Positions 7,602 to 17,349 of a stretch of DNA of 43,301 nucleotides are shown one piece after another. The notes beneath the pieces were generated by a model. The model saw only the letters and a program-made list of their open reading frames with translations, searched no databases and had not been told where the DNA came from. The stretch spans positions 1 to 43,301 of the forward strand of contig JAGYMG010000001.1 in the NCBI GenBank assembly GCA_018400675.1, given 5' to 3'. Position numbers and translations under genes: made by a program. This DNA is from a bacterium (GTDB taxonomy: Bacteria > Patescibacteriota > Minisyncoccia > Minisyncoccales > CG1-02-41-26). The first letter of the stretch is position 1, and each line of letters starts with the position of its first letter.

Positions 7602-9824
7602 TCATTTCTTCTTTTCTAGCGGCAATATAAGGTGAAAGGTGCTGCCCTGGCCTGCCCCGGCTGATTCCGCCCAAATCCGGCCACCGTGGGCTTCAATAAT
7701 CTTGCTGGAGATATAGAGACCCACCCCCTTGCCCAGGGCATAGACCTCCTTGGCTTTTTCTCCTCGCTCAAAGATCTGATTGAATATTTGTTGGGACTGT
7801 GCTGGACTCATGCCAATACCTGTATCCCGGACAATAATCTCCAATGCTGAGTTCTTCTTTAGTTCTACTACTACCCCACCCTGCTGGGTGTATTGGATGC
7901 CATTATTGATAATGTTGTAAAGGGCTTCCTTGAATTTGGCTGGATCGACCTTAATCTGGGGCAGACTCCGGGGCTGCTGCAGTTCCAGGGAGAGCCCCTT
8001 CTCTGCAGCCTCAGGCCTTAACTCCTCGATCACTGACTGGACTAACTCTACTGGTTTCACCTTGGTTAGCTTAAGGATACTCTTACCCATCTGGAACTGG
8101 GAGATGTCGAGGAAGTCATTGACCAGACGAATCAGTTTTTCGGTGGACTCCCTGAAGAATCTGAGCTTGTCTTTAACCATTTGATTCACCCGACCATAAT
8201 CCCCTTCCAAGATCATAGAAACATAACCCTTCATAATGGTTAAGGGTGTCCTGAGGTGATGCTGGGTGGCCATAATAAACTGGCTCTTGGCTGCGTCTAA
8301 TTTCTTTAATTCCTGATGGGCTTGCTTTTCCACCTGATAGGCTTGCTTGACCTGCTGGTAAGCTTCTCTTAGTTCCTTGGTCTGCTGAGCTACCTTCAGC
8401 TGGAGGTTCTCCGAGAGATCCTGGACCTAGTCATAGAGCTTGGCATTCTCCAGGGCAATCGAGGCCTGGCTGGCTAAGGCAGTCAGGAGGTCGAGGTCTT
8501 CCTTGGAATAAGGATCGCCAGAGATCTTGCGACCGAGGACAATCATGCCGATGATATTGTCTTCCCGGAAGAGCGGTAGGCAGAGGGTGGCCTCAATTCG
8601 CTTCATGTTCTCCTGGAGCTGAGCCAGATTCTCTTTCTCCTCTCTCAAGACAGAGTCTTTCTTGATCAAGGAGAGTTCTTCATAGACCAGGGGTCGTCCT
8701 GTTTGCTGGAGATACTCGGTCAGGAAGTTGTCCTGGACCAGGGAGATACCATTCTCCTCCTTAAAGCCAATGTTCCTGAGGATGGTATAGTTGCCTGTCC
8801 CCTCTCTCAAGAGAATGACTGTTCTTTCTAATTTCATTGTCTCTATCAGGGTGTTAACAATGAGATGGCTGAGTTTCTTTAGGTCAAGGATCCGGGTCAG
8901 CTTGTTGGCCAGTTCGGTCAAGACCTGTTGGTAGGAATAAAAAGTATAGTAGAAGTACTTGGCAGCTATCTCCTCGTAGAAACGGAAGACGGGCTGGAAG
9001 AGGAGAACAGCCAGGACAATGGTTAAGGGACCAATGATGTTGAAGGAAAAACCGTTGCCCGGGAACAAGCCGTTGAGGAATATTGTGAGAAAACTGAAAC
9101 CAACCACTGATAAAAGAGACAAGAGATAGACAGCACTCTTACCGAGGACTAAGCGGATATCCATGAGACGGTAGCGGGTTACAGCATAACTTAATATAAG
9201 AGGATAAAGAAAGACTAAAAAATTACCATAAGGAAGAATGGGAATATCATACCAAAGAGGATAGTTAGTTGCTCCCCCACCAAAACCGACTAGAACAGCC
9301 AACAGTATGTATTTAATCTGTTCGTGCAAGAAACCCCGAGACTTAAAATAAACAAATAATAATTCATAAACTGCATAGCCTATTAATCCTATGTAGCTAA
9401 CAAAAATATAAATCGTATAAATTATGCCTGCTCTGGGCCACCATAAAAAAGAGGCTGTTGGCTCTAAGGATTTAATATAAAAAGGGTTAAAAACAAAAAA
9501 TAAGAAAAATATACTCAAGGAATATCCGAAGAAAATAATAGCTTTCTTTTTTTTATCCCTTTTCAGTAGAACGAGAACCCAGTGCAGAAAAGTTATAGGA
9601 ATAAAAATTGAACCAATTGTTAAAAGACGAACCCAAAAGAAGGCCAGCTCTTTTGTTTGACTAATTAGCCAAAATCCGTAAGAAAAAGACCAGAAACTAA
9701 AAGATAAGGTCAGTAGAGCAAATATTTTATTAACTAGTTTTTTAGGATTTTTTAGATAGACAAAAGCTCCAAAAATAATACCAACTAGCCCATTGATAAA
9801 ACCAGAAAGAGCGAAAATAGCCAT
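7602..9824 (-). pseudogene. Membrane (HisKA_7TM-like) + GAF + HisKA/HATPase sensor histidine kinase interrupted by an in-frame TAG at 8427-8429
   Basis: ORFs 8427..9824 and 7602..8333 share a frame and the 31 intervening codons are open (ENAKLYD*VQDLSENLQLKVAQQTKELREAYQ...); H-box QHHLRTPLT, N-box NIINNGIQYT, DTGIG, GKGVGL, GQGSTF. Confidence 0.8.
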
Positions 9825-9845
9825 AAAGAATAAAAATTAAAAGCT

Positions 9846-10703
9846 CTAGTTATTTATTGGTTTTTGAGACCTGTTAACCCAAACCTGCTTAGCAAAAGTT
9901 TTTTCCCAAACCATATTTTTAAAACCAATATCTTCTAAAATAGATTCTAGCTCTTCTTTGGGCAGAAAATGATATATGCCTAATTGTCCTTTTTTTTGTA
10001 TCTGAATCGCATGCTTGAGTATCCTCCAGCCCTGTGAAATACGAGTTATATCTTTATGGACTATATATTCATAGATATTAAGCATGTCCGGGATAGAGGC
10101 CAGAAAAACATATTCAAAACGAACATTTTTTTTAGGCGTTGACCAGATTAAATGACCGCCAGGTTTCAAAACTCTAAAGGTTTCCTCCAAAACTGCTTCA
10201 AGGGCCGCCTTCCCTGTTTTGCCTTCAAAATCAGTGACATAGCTGAGGCAGAGGTTCGCTACAATTCCATCAAAATAATTATCCGGGAAAGGAAATTTTT
10301 TTCCAATACTAGCTGCTTTTAGCTCTAAAGGCATTGGCTCTTTTAGTTTCTCTATCGTCTCCAGGGCTGGTTTTAAAACAATGTCTATCCCAATAATCTT
10401 AGATAATTTTTTTTCTGATTTTTTCCATATTAACTGGCTGATTTTTGCGGGGCCGCAACCCGCGTCTAACCAGACCTCACCTTTTTTCGGCTCTATCAAA
10501 TTACTGATCGTTCTTGTCAAAAAATAATAAGGTCGAGCCTTTTCAAGATTACAATATATCTTTGCGTATTCTTCCCAAAAAGCTGTTTCTTCTTCCCATT
10601 GCTTCAACCTTTCTGAACTAACAGGGTTTAACTCAGACCCTGACTGATATTCCCCGTAAAGGTTATCCTTATTATTTTTTTCTTCTCTTTCTTCTTGAGC
10701 CAT
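9846..10703 (-). CDS. Class I SAM-dependent methyltransferase (Methyltransf_11-like), substrate unknown
   Basis: WLDAGCGPA, IIGID, FPFPDNYFDGIV, RVLKPGG; ATG at 10703 preferred over TTG at 10757. Confidence 0.85.
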   Translation of the reverse strand: MAQEEREEKNNKDNLYGEYQSGSELNPVSSERLKQWEEETAFWEEYAKIYCNLEKARPYYFLTRTISNLIEPKKGEVWLDAGCGPAKISQLIWKKSEKKLSKIIGIDIVLKPALETIEKLKEPMPLELKAASIGKKFPFPDNYFDGIVANLCLSYVTDFEGKTGKAALEAVLEETFRVLKPGGHLIWSTPKKNVRFEYVFLASIPDMLNIYEYIVHKDITRISQGWRILKHAIQIQKKGQLGIYHFLPKEELESILEDIGFKNMVWEKTFAKQVWVNRSQKPINN

Positions 10704-10766
10704 TAATTCTAAACTTAATGAATTCTTTAATTTTATAATCATTATCGAAAAAATCAAGGTGATAAA

Positions 10767-10795
10767 TTGGCAAAATAAGATTTTTATCCTATTAT
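10767..10795 (+). promoter_or_regulatory. Promoter, probably giving a leaderless mRNA
   Basis: TTGGCA (10767-10772), 17 bp spacer, TATTAT (10790-10795); ATG at 10802. Confidence 0.45.
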
Positions 10796-10801
10796 TAGAA
10801 A

Positions 10802-12211
10802 ATGACTAAGAAAAAACGCTTATTCTTCTCAATAACCTGCATAATACTCTTTCTTCTGGTTGCCCCGATCCTTGCTCTCTATTCTCAAGGCTATAAGCTT
10901 GATCTAGAAAAAATGCGGTTTGTAGCAACCGGAGGTTTTTATGTCCAAACCGAAAATACATCAGCCCAAATATATCTGGACGGGCGGTTCGAAAGAAAAA
11001 CCGGCATTCTCCAAAATAGTGCCTTGGTAAAAAATCTTATTCCTGGCGATTACCAGGTCAAGATAGAGCAAGAAGGATTTTTGAGCTGGGAAAAAACATT
11101 GCCCATATACTCTCAAAAAATAACCGAGATAAAAAATATTTTCCTGCTGAGAAAAAGACTACGATTCAATCTCTTGGCAAAAAATATAAGAGAATATTTA
11201 ATATCTCCGGACGGAAAAGAGCTGCTCCTGACAATAGACAATGAAGAGAAATGGCTAATCAAAACAGTCTCTTTAGAAAATCAGGAGGAAAGAAAGATTA
11301 TAGGAGCGGAATATTTTGAGGAAAGAAACCCAATAGCAGCGCCCAGTCTTTCAAACTGGCACCCCGAAACTAAAAGAATATTGTTGTCTTATACTGAAAA
11401 TGGAAAAAATGAATATCTCTTGATAAAGGATTATGAGACTGAAGAAAATAAAAAAATCATTCCTTTGAATAATATCCCTGATCAGGCCGAAAAAATTACT
11501 CTTGATGCTTCAGACGCCAGAGCTTTATTTTTTTTCCAGGACAAGACGATCCTGAGGCTGGAGGAAGGAATAGCACAACCCTCTCCCCTGCTTAATAATG
11601 CCATCAGCTATCTAATCAAGGACGGGGAAATAATATGGCTTTCTAAATCTGGTTTTCTTTATCGCTCTGGGCTTAGTGGAGAAACAAGAGAAATTATCAA
11701 TAGGAAACCCTTCCCTGTCCAAGAAGACAGCAATTATCAAATAGATTTTTACCGTTCCGACGTAGTCTTCCTCAGAGAGAGTGAAACTCTTTATTACCTC
11801 TCGGCAGCAGGCACTTTTGACAAAATATCCCAGGGCATCAAAGGATTAGTCCTGGCGCCCGACCAAACACGCCTAGCCTTTTGGAGTAATAATGAAATTT
11901 GGATTTTAGATCTTATCCCTGACCAGAGAGAAAATTATTATGGAGAGGAGAATATTGATCAGGAATACAGAGAGATATTCTTAAGCAGATTTTCAAAAAA
12001 AATAGGAGATTGCTTTTGGCTCACTCCTTATCATCTCATCTTTAATGTTGAGGATGATATTAAGATTACCGAGATTGATACCCGCGACCGACTGAATGTC
12101 TTTGGCCTAAAAAGCTTTAAGCATCCTTCAATATTCTTTAACCGGGAAAGAGACTGGCTACTTGTCTTTGCTGAAAATAATCTTTTCCTCTTTGACTCTA
12201 TCCTTGATTAG
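10802..12211 (+). CDS. Membrane-anchored PEGA-domain protein with a probable beta-propeller C-terminus
   Basis: N-terminal TM, YSQGY...TGG, AQIYLDG, NLIPGDYQVKIEQEGFLSWEK; ISPDGK and LAPDQ blade-like motifs. Confidence 0.75.
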   Translation: MTKKKRLFFSITCIILFLLVAPILALYSQGYKLDLEKMRFVATGGFYVQTENTSAQIYLDGRFERKTGILQNSALVKNLIPGDYQVKIEQEGFLSWEKTLPIYSQKITEIKNIFLLRKRLRFNLLAKNIREYLISPDGKELLLTIDNEEKWLIKTVSLENQEERKIIGAEYFEERNPIAAPSLSNWHPETKRILLSYTENGKNEYLLIKDYETEENKKIIPLNNIPDQAEKITLDASDARALFFFQDKTILRLEEGIAQPSPLLNNAISYLIKDGEIIWLSKSGFLYRSGLSGETREIINRKPFPVQEDSNYQIDFYRSDVVFLRESETLYYLSAAGTFDKISQGIKGLVLAPDQTRLAFWSNNEIWILDLIPDQRENYYGEENIDQEYREIFLSRFSKKIGDCFWLTPYHLIFNVEDDIKITEIDTRDRLNVFGLKSFKHPSIFFNRERDWLLVFAENNLFLFDSILD

Positions 12212-12893
12212 ACCCCTCTTGATCTTTCATTTTTTTCTTAAAATCTTCCCAGGCTATTTCTTCTTCTCCAGCCAAACGGCAGACCTCTTTAAACTGACAA
12301 TAACGACACTGCCAATTCTTAGGCCAGCCAGCAAAACGCTTGGGGACTACATGCTCATCCAGTTTTTTCTTCAGTCTTCTGAAATCTTCTAAGAGCGATT
12401 CAGCCAATCCCTGATTATATTTCATATGGAACTCCCTAATATTCTGATCATCCTTATTAATATATAGAAGGATACCATTCTGAATCTGGAAATAGTGAAG
12501 ATAGACCTGCAGCTGATAAATATTTTCTTCTTTAGGCTGAACTAATTTCCTAAAAATCATACTATTCATACTCTTGATGTCCACTACATAATTCTTGCTT
12601 TCAATAGAGAGGATGGCATCAGCCCGTCCGGAAACTAGACCATCACTAGGCATAGGCACCTCAGTAACTACGCCAATTCTTAGACGATAAAGAACGTCGA
12701 ATATGTTTCTATGGAAATGCTCCCCTCTTTCAAATATTCTTAACATACGAGGCTCCATTTTTTTTCGAGGGGCATTCTTAAACTTAAAAAAGATTGCCCG
12801 GGGACACTTACCAGCATCGCTGACATAGAAATGATTTTGTTTTCTACTGGTTTGCTGATCCAAATAAAACTGATCAATTAATTCTTTAAGCAT
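12198..12893 (-). CDS. Solo Cas4-like PD-(D/E)XK nuclease with a probable Fe-S cluster
   Basis: GKCPR, GRADAIL, VVDIKS, QLQVY, CRYCQFKEVC. Confidence 0.85.
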   Translation of the reverse strand: MLKELIDQFYLDQQTSRKQNHFYVSDAGKCPRAIFFKFKNAPRKKMEPRMLRIFERGEHFHRNIFDVLYRLRIGVVTEVPMPSDGLVSGRADAILSIESKNYVVDIKSMNSMIFRKLVQPKEENIYQLQVYLHYFQIQNGILLYINKDDQNIREFHMKYNQGLAESLLEDFRRLKKKLDEHVVPKRFAGWPKNWQCRYCQFKEVCRLAGEEEIAWEDFKKKMKDQEGSNQG

Positions 12894-12924
12894 AATTTAA
12901 ATCTCTCATCGCGGGGATAAGAGT

Positions 12925-12954
12925 TTGAGAAAGAGAGCCTGAGAAGGCTCTCTT
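12925..12954 (-). terminator. Intrinsic terminator after rpsI
   Basis: AAGAGAGCCT-gaga-AGGCTCTCTT perfect 10-bp stem at 12931-12954. Confidence 0.75.
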
Positions 12955-12965
12955 GTTATTTCTTT

Positions 12966-13592
12966 TTAACGCTTACTCCACTGAGGAGCTCGCCGGGCTC
13001 TCTTTAAGCCAAATTTCTTTCGCTCCCTTACTCGAGGATCTCTGGTTAGAAAACCAGCTTTTCTTAATTTCTTTTTAAAATAAGGGTTTAAAAGACAGAG
13101 AGCTCGAGCAACACCATGTCTCAAGGCTTCGGCCTGACTATGAGAACCGCCGCCCTTTAAACTAGCTGTCACCTTAAATTTACTTGAGGCCTTAATGGCT
13201 TCTAAAGGACTCTCAACAATTTTTTGGAGTTCTAATGTTTCAAAATAACTATTGTAGGGCTTGCCATTAACCTCAATCTTCTTTTCCCCTTGGGTATACA
13301 ACCTTACTCTTGCCCGAGAAGTTTTTCTCCGACCCACAGCTTCAAAATATTTCTTTGTCTTGGTTATAGCAAAATCCTCTAACTCCTTTTCTTCGGAGTC
13401 TTTCTTTTTTGTTTCTTTTTCAATTTTTTGAGGAGCCTTCTTCTTAACTGTTTCCTTCTTCTTAGGCCTTTTGGCTGCAGCTGTTTTAACTTTGTCTCCC
13501 TTCACCTTCTTAACAATTTTTTGGGCAGTCCTTTTTGATCCCTTGGGCTCCTTTTTCTCTTTTTCTTTGTTTTTATTGGTTTTCTTGTCCAT
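12966..13592 (-). CDS. rpsI: 30S ribosomal protein uS9 with a long Lys-rich N-terminal extension
   Basis: GRRKTSRARVRL, GGGSHSQAEALRHG, ERKKFGLKRARRAPQWSKR. Confidence 0.97.
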   Translation of the reverse strand: MDKKTNKNKEKEKKEPKGSKRTAQKIVKKVKGDKVKTAAAKRPKKKETVKKKAPQKIEKETKKKDSEEKELEDFAITKTKKYFEAVGRRKTSRARVRLYTQGEKKIEVNGKPYNSYFETLELQKIVESPLEAIKASSKFKVTASLKGGGSHSQAEALRHGVARALCLLNPYFKKKLRKAGFLTRDPRVRERKKFGLKRARRAPQWSKR

Positions 13593-13938
13593 GGAATTTT
13601 AATCGCTTAATTTGTATAGCTCTTAATTTATTTTTAGGTAACATGCCTTGGACAGTTCTTATCAGCACTTTTTCCGGGCTTTTATCAAAAGCTACTCTCA
13701 TCCTCTCCTTTTTAAGACCGCCGGGATAACCGCTATGTCTATAATAAATTTTTCTATCCATTTTCTTGCCACTTACACCTACCTGCTTAATGTTTTCAAC
13801 AATAACAAAATCACCCATATCTTTATAAGGAACAAAATCTACTTTGCTTTTGCCTCTTAAGATATTAGCAATCTCAACTGCTAATCGCCCTAAGGGCTTA
13901 TCACTGGCATCGATTGTATAAGTTTTTCTTTTTATCAT
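13573..13938 (-). CDS. rplM: 50S ribosomal protein uL13
   Basis: IDASDKPLGRLA, YRHSGYPGGLK, GMLPKNKL. Confidence 0.97.
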   Translation of the reverse strand: MIKRKTYTIDASDKPLGRLAVEIANILRGKSKVDFVPYKDMGDFVIVENIKQVGVSGKKMDRKIYYRHSGYPGGLKKERMRVAFDKSPEKVLIRTVQGMLPKNKLRAIQIKRLKFHGQENQ

Positions 13939-13940
13939 AA

Positions 13941-14309
13941 TTATTGTTTAGGACTCTTTTTCGTCACTAATTCAATTATTGCCATTCTGGCGCTATCACT
14001 CTTCCGTGGCAACAATTTAAGTATTCTGGTGTAGCCACCTGGTCTTTCCTTAAAACGAGGTGCAATATCTTCAAACAGTTTTTTAACAATATCAGGGGAT
14101 AACTCTTTAGCGATCAATCTTCTCCGAGCAAGACTGTCTACCTTAGCTTTAGTAATCATTTTCTCTGCTCGCGGTCTTATTTCTTTAGCCTTTGCCTCTG
14201 TTGTTGTTATCCGTTCATGCAAAAACAGTTCCCTCAAAAGAGATTTCCTGAGAGCTTTTCTGGGCCCAGTTTTCCTTGAAAATTTTCTACCTGTTCTTTT
14301 TTTGCGCAT
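13941..14309 (-). CDS. rplQ: 50S ribosomal protein bL17
   Basis: [20 protein letters not shown]. Confidence 0.97.
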   Translation of the reverse strand: MRKKRTGRKFSRKTGPRKALRKSLLRELFLHERITTTEAKAKEIRPRAEKMITKAKVDSLARRRLIAKELSPDIVKKLFEDIAPRFKERPGGYTRILKLLPRKSDSARMAIIELVTKKSPKQ

Positions 14310-14319
14310 AATTTAACAA

Positions 14320-15261
14320 TTATTCTAATTCAAGTCCTAATCGCTTAATTCCTTTTTTAATCTCTTTAATAGCTTTATCACCCAAACCCTCTAAATCTTT
14401 AATTCCCTCTTCTTTCTTTCTAAGAATGCCAGCAACTGTTTTAAGATTATTATTTAACAAAGCATTTTTAGTTCTTTCTGATATTTTTAAGTCCTCTACC
14501 TTGCTCTTTTTTTTGTCTTCGGCATCGCTAGATTCTTTTTTGCTTTTTCCTTTCTTCTCTTTTTTCTTTTCAGCCGGAGGGTTTAATTCTTTTGAAAAAA
14601 GACTAAAATGCTCTAAAAATATATCGCAGGCTCTTAAAAACGCATCCTCTGGGGAAACAGTCCCATCTGTTTCAATCTCAATTTTAAGACGGTCAAAATC
14701 TGTCCGCTTCCCCCGTCTCATATTCTCTGTTGAGAGAGAAACCCTCTTAACAGGGGTAAAAATTGCATCGATAGGGATCATACCTATTTCTTTTTTTTGT
14801 TCTTCTCTTTGTTCTGACGGCTGATAACCAACGCCTTTCTCTACCAATGCCTCCATCTCTAACTGGCTGTTCTTACCGGTAAGATTAGCAATGACTAAAT
14901 CCGCATTCTCTATTTCTATTTGAGAAGACACCTTAAAGTCTTTAGCCTTAACCACTTTTTCTCCTTTAGCCTTGAGACTAATCTTTTCAACTTCTTCGCC
15001 AAAAAACTTGAATCTCAGCTTCTTCAGATTAAGGATAATAGTAACCACGTCCTCTAAAACGCCAGGCACGGTTGAGAATTCATGCCCCACGCCCTTTATT
15101 TTAACTTGGGTAATAGCTGCCCCTTCTAAAGAGGACAACAGGACACGCCTGAGGCTATTGCCGATGGTCACTCCATAACCTGGGTATAAACCCTCTATCT
15201 CAAAAATAGCTGTATTATTTTCTTTTTTTATTATTTTAGGTGAATCTGGTAAAGGAATCAT
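14320..15261 (-). CDS. rpoA: RNA polymerase alpha subunit
   Basis: GYGVTIGNSLRRVLLSS, HEFSTVPGV.ED, IDAIFTPV; start set at ATG 15261 (MIPLP). Confidence 0.96.
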   Translation of the reverse strand: MIPLPDSPKIIKKENNTAIFEIEGLYPGYGVTIGNSLRRVLLSSLEGAAITQVKIKGVGHEFSTVPGVLEDVVTIILNLKKLRFKFFGEEVEKISLKAKGEKVVKAKDFKVSSQIEIENADLVIANLTGKNSQLEMEALVEKGVGYQPSEQREEQKKEIGMIPIDAIFTPVKRVSLSTENMRRGKRTDFDRLKIEIETDGTVSPEDAFLRACDIFLEHFSLFSKELNPPAEKKKEKKGKSKKESSDAEDKKKSKVEDLKISERTKNALLNNNLKTVAGILRKKEEGIKDLEGLGDKAIKEIKKGIKRLGLELE

Positions 15262-15323
15262 ATAAATATATGGACAAGGCATTACCTGGATATCTCTCAT
15301 ATCCAGTCCCGCCTATCCTTTTA

Positions 15324-15953
15324 TTATTTTGAATAGAATTCAAAAACCGTTAATATATCGGCCGGAGGCAAGACTTCCTCTAAGGAGGGTGTACCAATAA
15401 TTTCGGCCTCTAATTTTTTAACATCAAACTTAATCCATCCAGGAAACTGAGTTTTACCAATATTAGTTAGGGTATCTTTAAAAAGTCCTTTCTTTTTTTT
15501 GCTTTCTTTGACAGCGATACGGTCACCTTTTTTCACCTCAAAGGAAGGAATATTAACCGCTCGGCCATTAACTAAAAAATAACCATGAGAAACCATTTGT
15601 CTGGCCATCCTTCTAGAAAGAGAAAGATTCATCCTAAAAATAACATTGTCTAATCTCATTTCTAATTTCTTGATAAATTCTTCAGGGAGATTTTTTACTC
15701 TCCCTTTCTTAGCTAAGACCTCTTCAACATACTTTTTGAATTGATATTCCTTAAGATTGTACCAATTCTTAAGTTTCTGTTTTTCTCTTAATTCTAAGCC
15801 ATAATCCGAGACACCTCTTCGCCTTTGTTTCTTTTTCTCTCCCGGAGCGTAAGCTCTTTTAACCATAGAACATTTTGGAGAAGAACAACGTTCCCCTTTC
15901 AAAAAGAGCTTCTGGCCTAAACGTCTACAAATTTTACAGGTGTTTTTTTCCAT
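15324..15953 (-). CDS. rpsD: 30S ribosomal protein uS4 (Zn-binding C+ type)
   Basis: CKICRR...KGERC...KC, LEMRLDNVIFR, ARQMVSHG. Confidence 0.97.
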   Translation of the reverse strand: MEKNTCKICRRLGQKLFLKGERCSSPKCSMVKRAYAPGEKKKQRRRGVSDYGLELREKQKLKNWYNLKEYQFKKYVEEVLAKKGRVKNLPEEFIKKLEMRLDNVIFRMNLSLSRRMARQMVSHGYFLVNGRAVNIPSFEVKKGDRIAVKESKKKKGLFKDTLTNIGKTQFPGWIKFDVKKLEAEIIGTPSLEEVLPPADILTVFEFYSK

Positions 15954-15963
15954 AATAATGATA

Positions 15964-16416
15964 TTAGGGTCTTCTCACTTTCTTTGGTCGACACCCATTA
16001 TGGGGAATAGGTGTGACATCGTGAATAGAAATAATATTTAGTTCCTGGCCGGACAAAGAACGGATAGCAGAATTGCGACCACTAGCAATACCTTTAACGT
16101 AAACCTGAATATCTCTAATCTTAGCTCTCCTGGCTACATCAATAATAGCTGCAGCAACCTTGGAAGCAGCAAAAGAAGTGCCTTTTTTTGTCCCCTTAAA
16201 GCCAACTGAACCAGCGCTCTTCCAGGCCAAGACATTGCCTGTTATGTCAGTCAGGGTAATAATAGTATTGTTATAGGTTGAACTAATATAAACCTTCCCC
16301 TCTTTCAAACTAGAGGATGCTTTTGTTTTTGACTCTTTCCTCAAAGCCTTTTCTACTTGCTCTCTTTCCTTTAATAATTCCTCCTCGGTTTTTTGAATAA
16401 TTCGTTTCTTACCCAT
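15964..16416 (-). CDS. rpsK: 30S ribosomal protein uS11
   Basis: STYNNTIIT, GFKGTKKGT, DVTPIPHNGCRP. Confidence 0.97.
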   Translation of the reverse strand: MGKKRIIQKTEEELLKEREQVEKALRKESKTKASSSLKEGKVYISSTYNNTIITLTDITGNVLAWKSAGSVGFKGTKKGTSFAASKVAAAIIDVARRAKIRDIQVYVKGIASGRNSAIRSLSGQELNIISIHDVTPIPHNGCRPKKVRRP

Positions 16417-16452
16417 AGTAATTTAGTTATCTATTTATATGATTGGTTAATA

Positions 16453-16842
16453 TTATTTTGGAGCGGGTGCGCCTTTCTTCCCAGAGCCAACAGTTTTTCT
16501 CACATTGCCTCGCACAGTACGAGAATTCTTTCTTGTTTTTTGGCCTCTTACTGGCAACCCCTTTTTATGCCTTGAACCTCTCCAACAACCGATGGCCTTC
16601 AATCTCTTGATATCCTTGAGCAAATCTTTCCTTAGATCTCCTTCGGTTTTACAATAAGCATCAATACCCTTTTTAATTTTTAAAACTTCCTCTTCGGTCA
16701 ACTGGGAGGCTTTCTTGTCAGGTTTAATTTTTGCTTCGCTTAAGATTTTTTTACTCGAAGAACGACCTATTCCATAAATATAGGTAAGAGCAATTAATAT
16801 TTGTTTGTTTTCGGGAATATCTATCCCGGCTATACGTGGCAT
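16453..16842 (-). CDS. rpsM: 30S ribosomal protein uS13
   Basis: RIAGIDIP, ALTYIYGIG, GLPVRGQKT. Confidence 0.97.
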   Translation of the reverse strand: MPRIAGIDIPENKQILIALTYIYGIGRSSSKKILSEAKIKPDKKASQLTEEEVLKIKKGIDAYCKTEGDLRKDLLKDIKRLKAIGCWRGSRHKKGLPVRGQKTRKNSRTVRGNVRKTVGSGKKGAPAPK

Positions 16843-16868
16843 AATTAATAAAGAAAATTAGGCCGCAC

Positions 16869-16982
16869 CTATCTTTGGCGCTGCTTATGTTTAGGATTCT
16901 CACAGATTACATATACCCTTCCTTTCCTTTTGACAATTTTGCATTTCTTGCAAATTTTTTTGACAGATGATTTTACCTTCAT
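16869..16982 (-). CDS. rpmJ: 50S ribosomal protein bL36, 37 aa, not in the ORF track
   Basis: Hand translation [37 protein letters not shown]; canonical position between infA and rpsM. Confidence 0.96.
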   Translation of the reverse strand: MKVKSSVKKICKKCKIVKRKGRVYVICENPKHKQRQR

Positions 16983-17048
16983 AGCTTACCCTCTGAAGTT
17001 ATTAGGAATAGACCCTCTTATTCTTACTTCTCTAAGATGGCGATTGCT

Positions 17049-17264
17049 TTATTTTAAACGGTAAACAATCCTCCCCCTATTTTCATCATAGGGACTCATC
17101 TCCACCAAAACTTTATCTCCGGCCAAAATTTTAATACGGAATCTTTTGAGTTTACCAGAGAGATAAGCTAATATCTCCTTGCCATCTTCTAACTCAACTC
17201 TAAAACTAAGACTGGGTAAAGATTCAATGACTCTTCCTTGCTTTCTTATAGCTTTATTTTTCAT
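17049..17264 (-). CDS. infA: Translation initiation factor IF-1
   Basis: FRVELEDG, LSGK...IKILAGDKV.VEMSPYD..RGRI. Confidence 0.96.
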   Translation of the reverse strand: MKNKAIRKQGRVIESLPSLSFRVELEDGKEILAYLSGKLKRFRIKILAGDKVLVEMSPYDENRGRIVYRLK

Positions 17265-17285
17265 TATTCCTATAAACAGTTATCA

Positions 17286-17314
17286 AAGATAACAAATTTA
17301 TTCTCCAAAGTCAA
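17286..17314 (-). promoter_or_regulatory. Promoter for infA-rpmJ-alpha operon
   Basis: TTGACT (17309-17314), 17 bp spacer, TGtTATCTT (-10 at 17286-17291). Confidence 0.6.
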
Positions 17315-17349
17315 GTTTGGAGATAGTGAGAGTAGTATCCAAAAAAGTT

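Noticed and set aside
8427..8429. Genome-wide stop-codon reassignment (TAG or TGA) as the explanation of the kinase stop
   Set aside because: tuf, rplN and rpmJ end in TAG and rpsJ ends in TGA at their expected C-termini
12198..12893. CRISPR-Cas locus
   Set aside because: No repeat-spacer array or other cas genes seen in the window
15262..15323. Extended rpoA N-terminus (MRDIQVMPCPYIY) from ATG 15300
   Set aside because: Not RpoA-like; the region instead holds a hairpin (CTGGATAT-ctctc-ATATCCAG, 15286-15306) typical of an intergenic spacer
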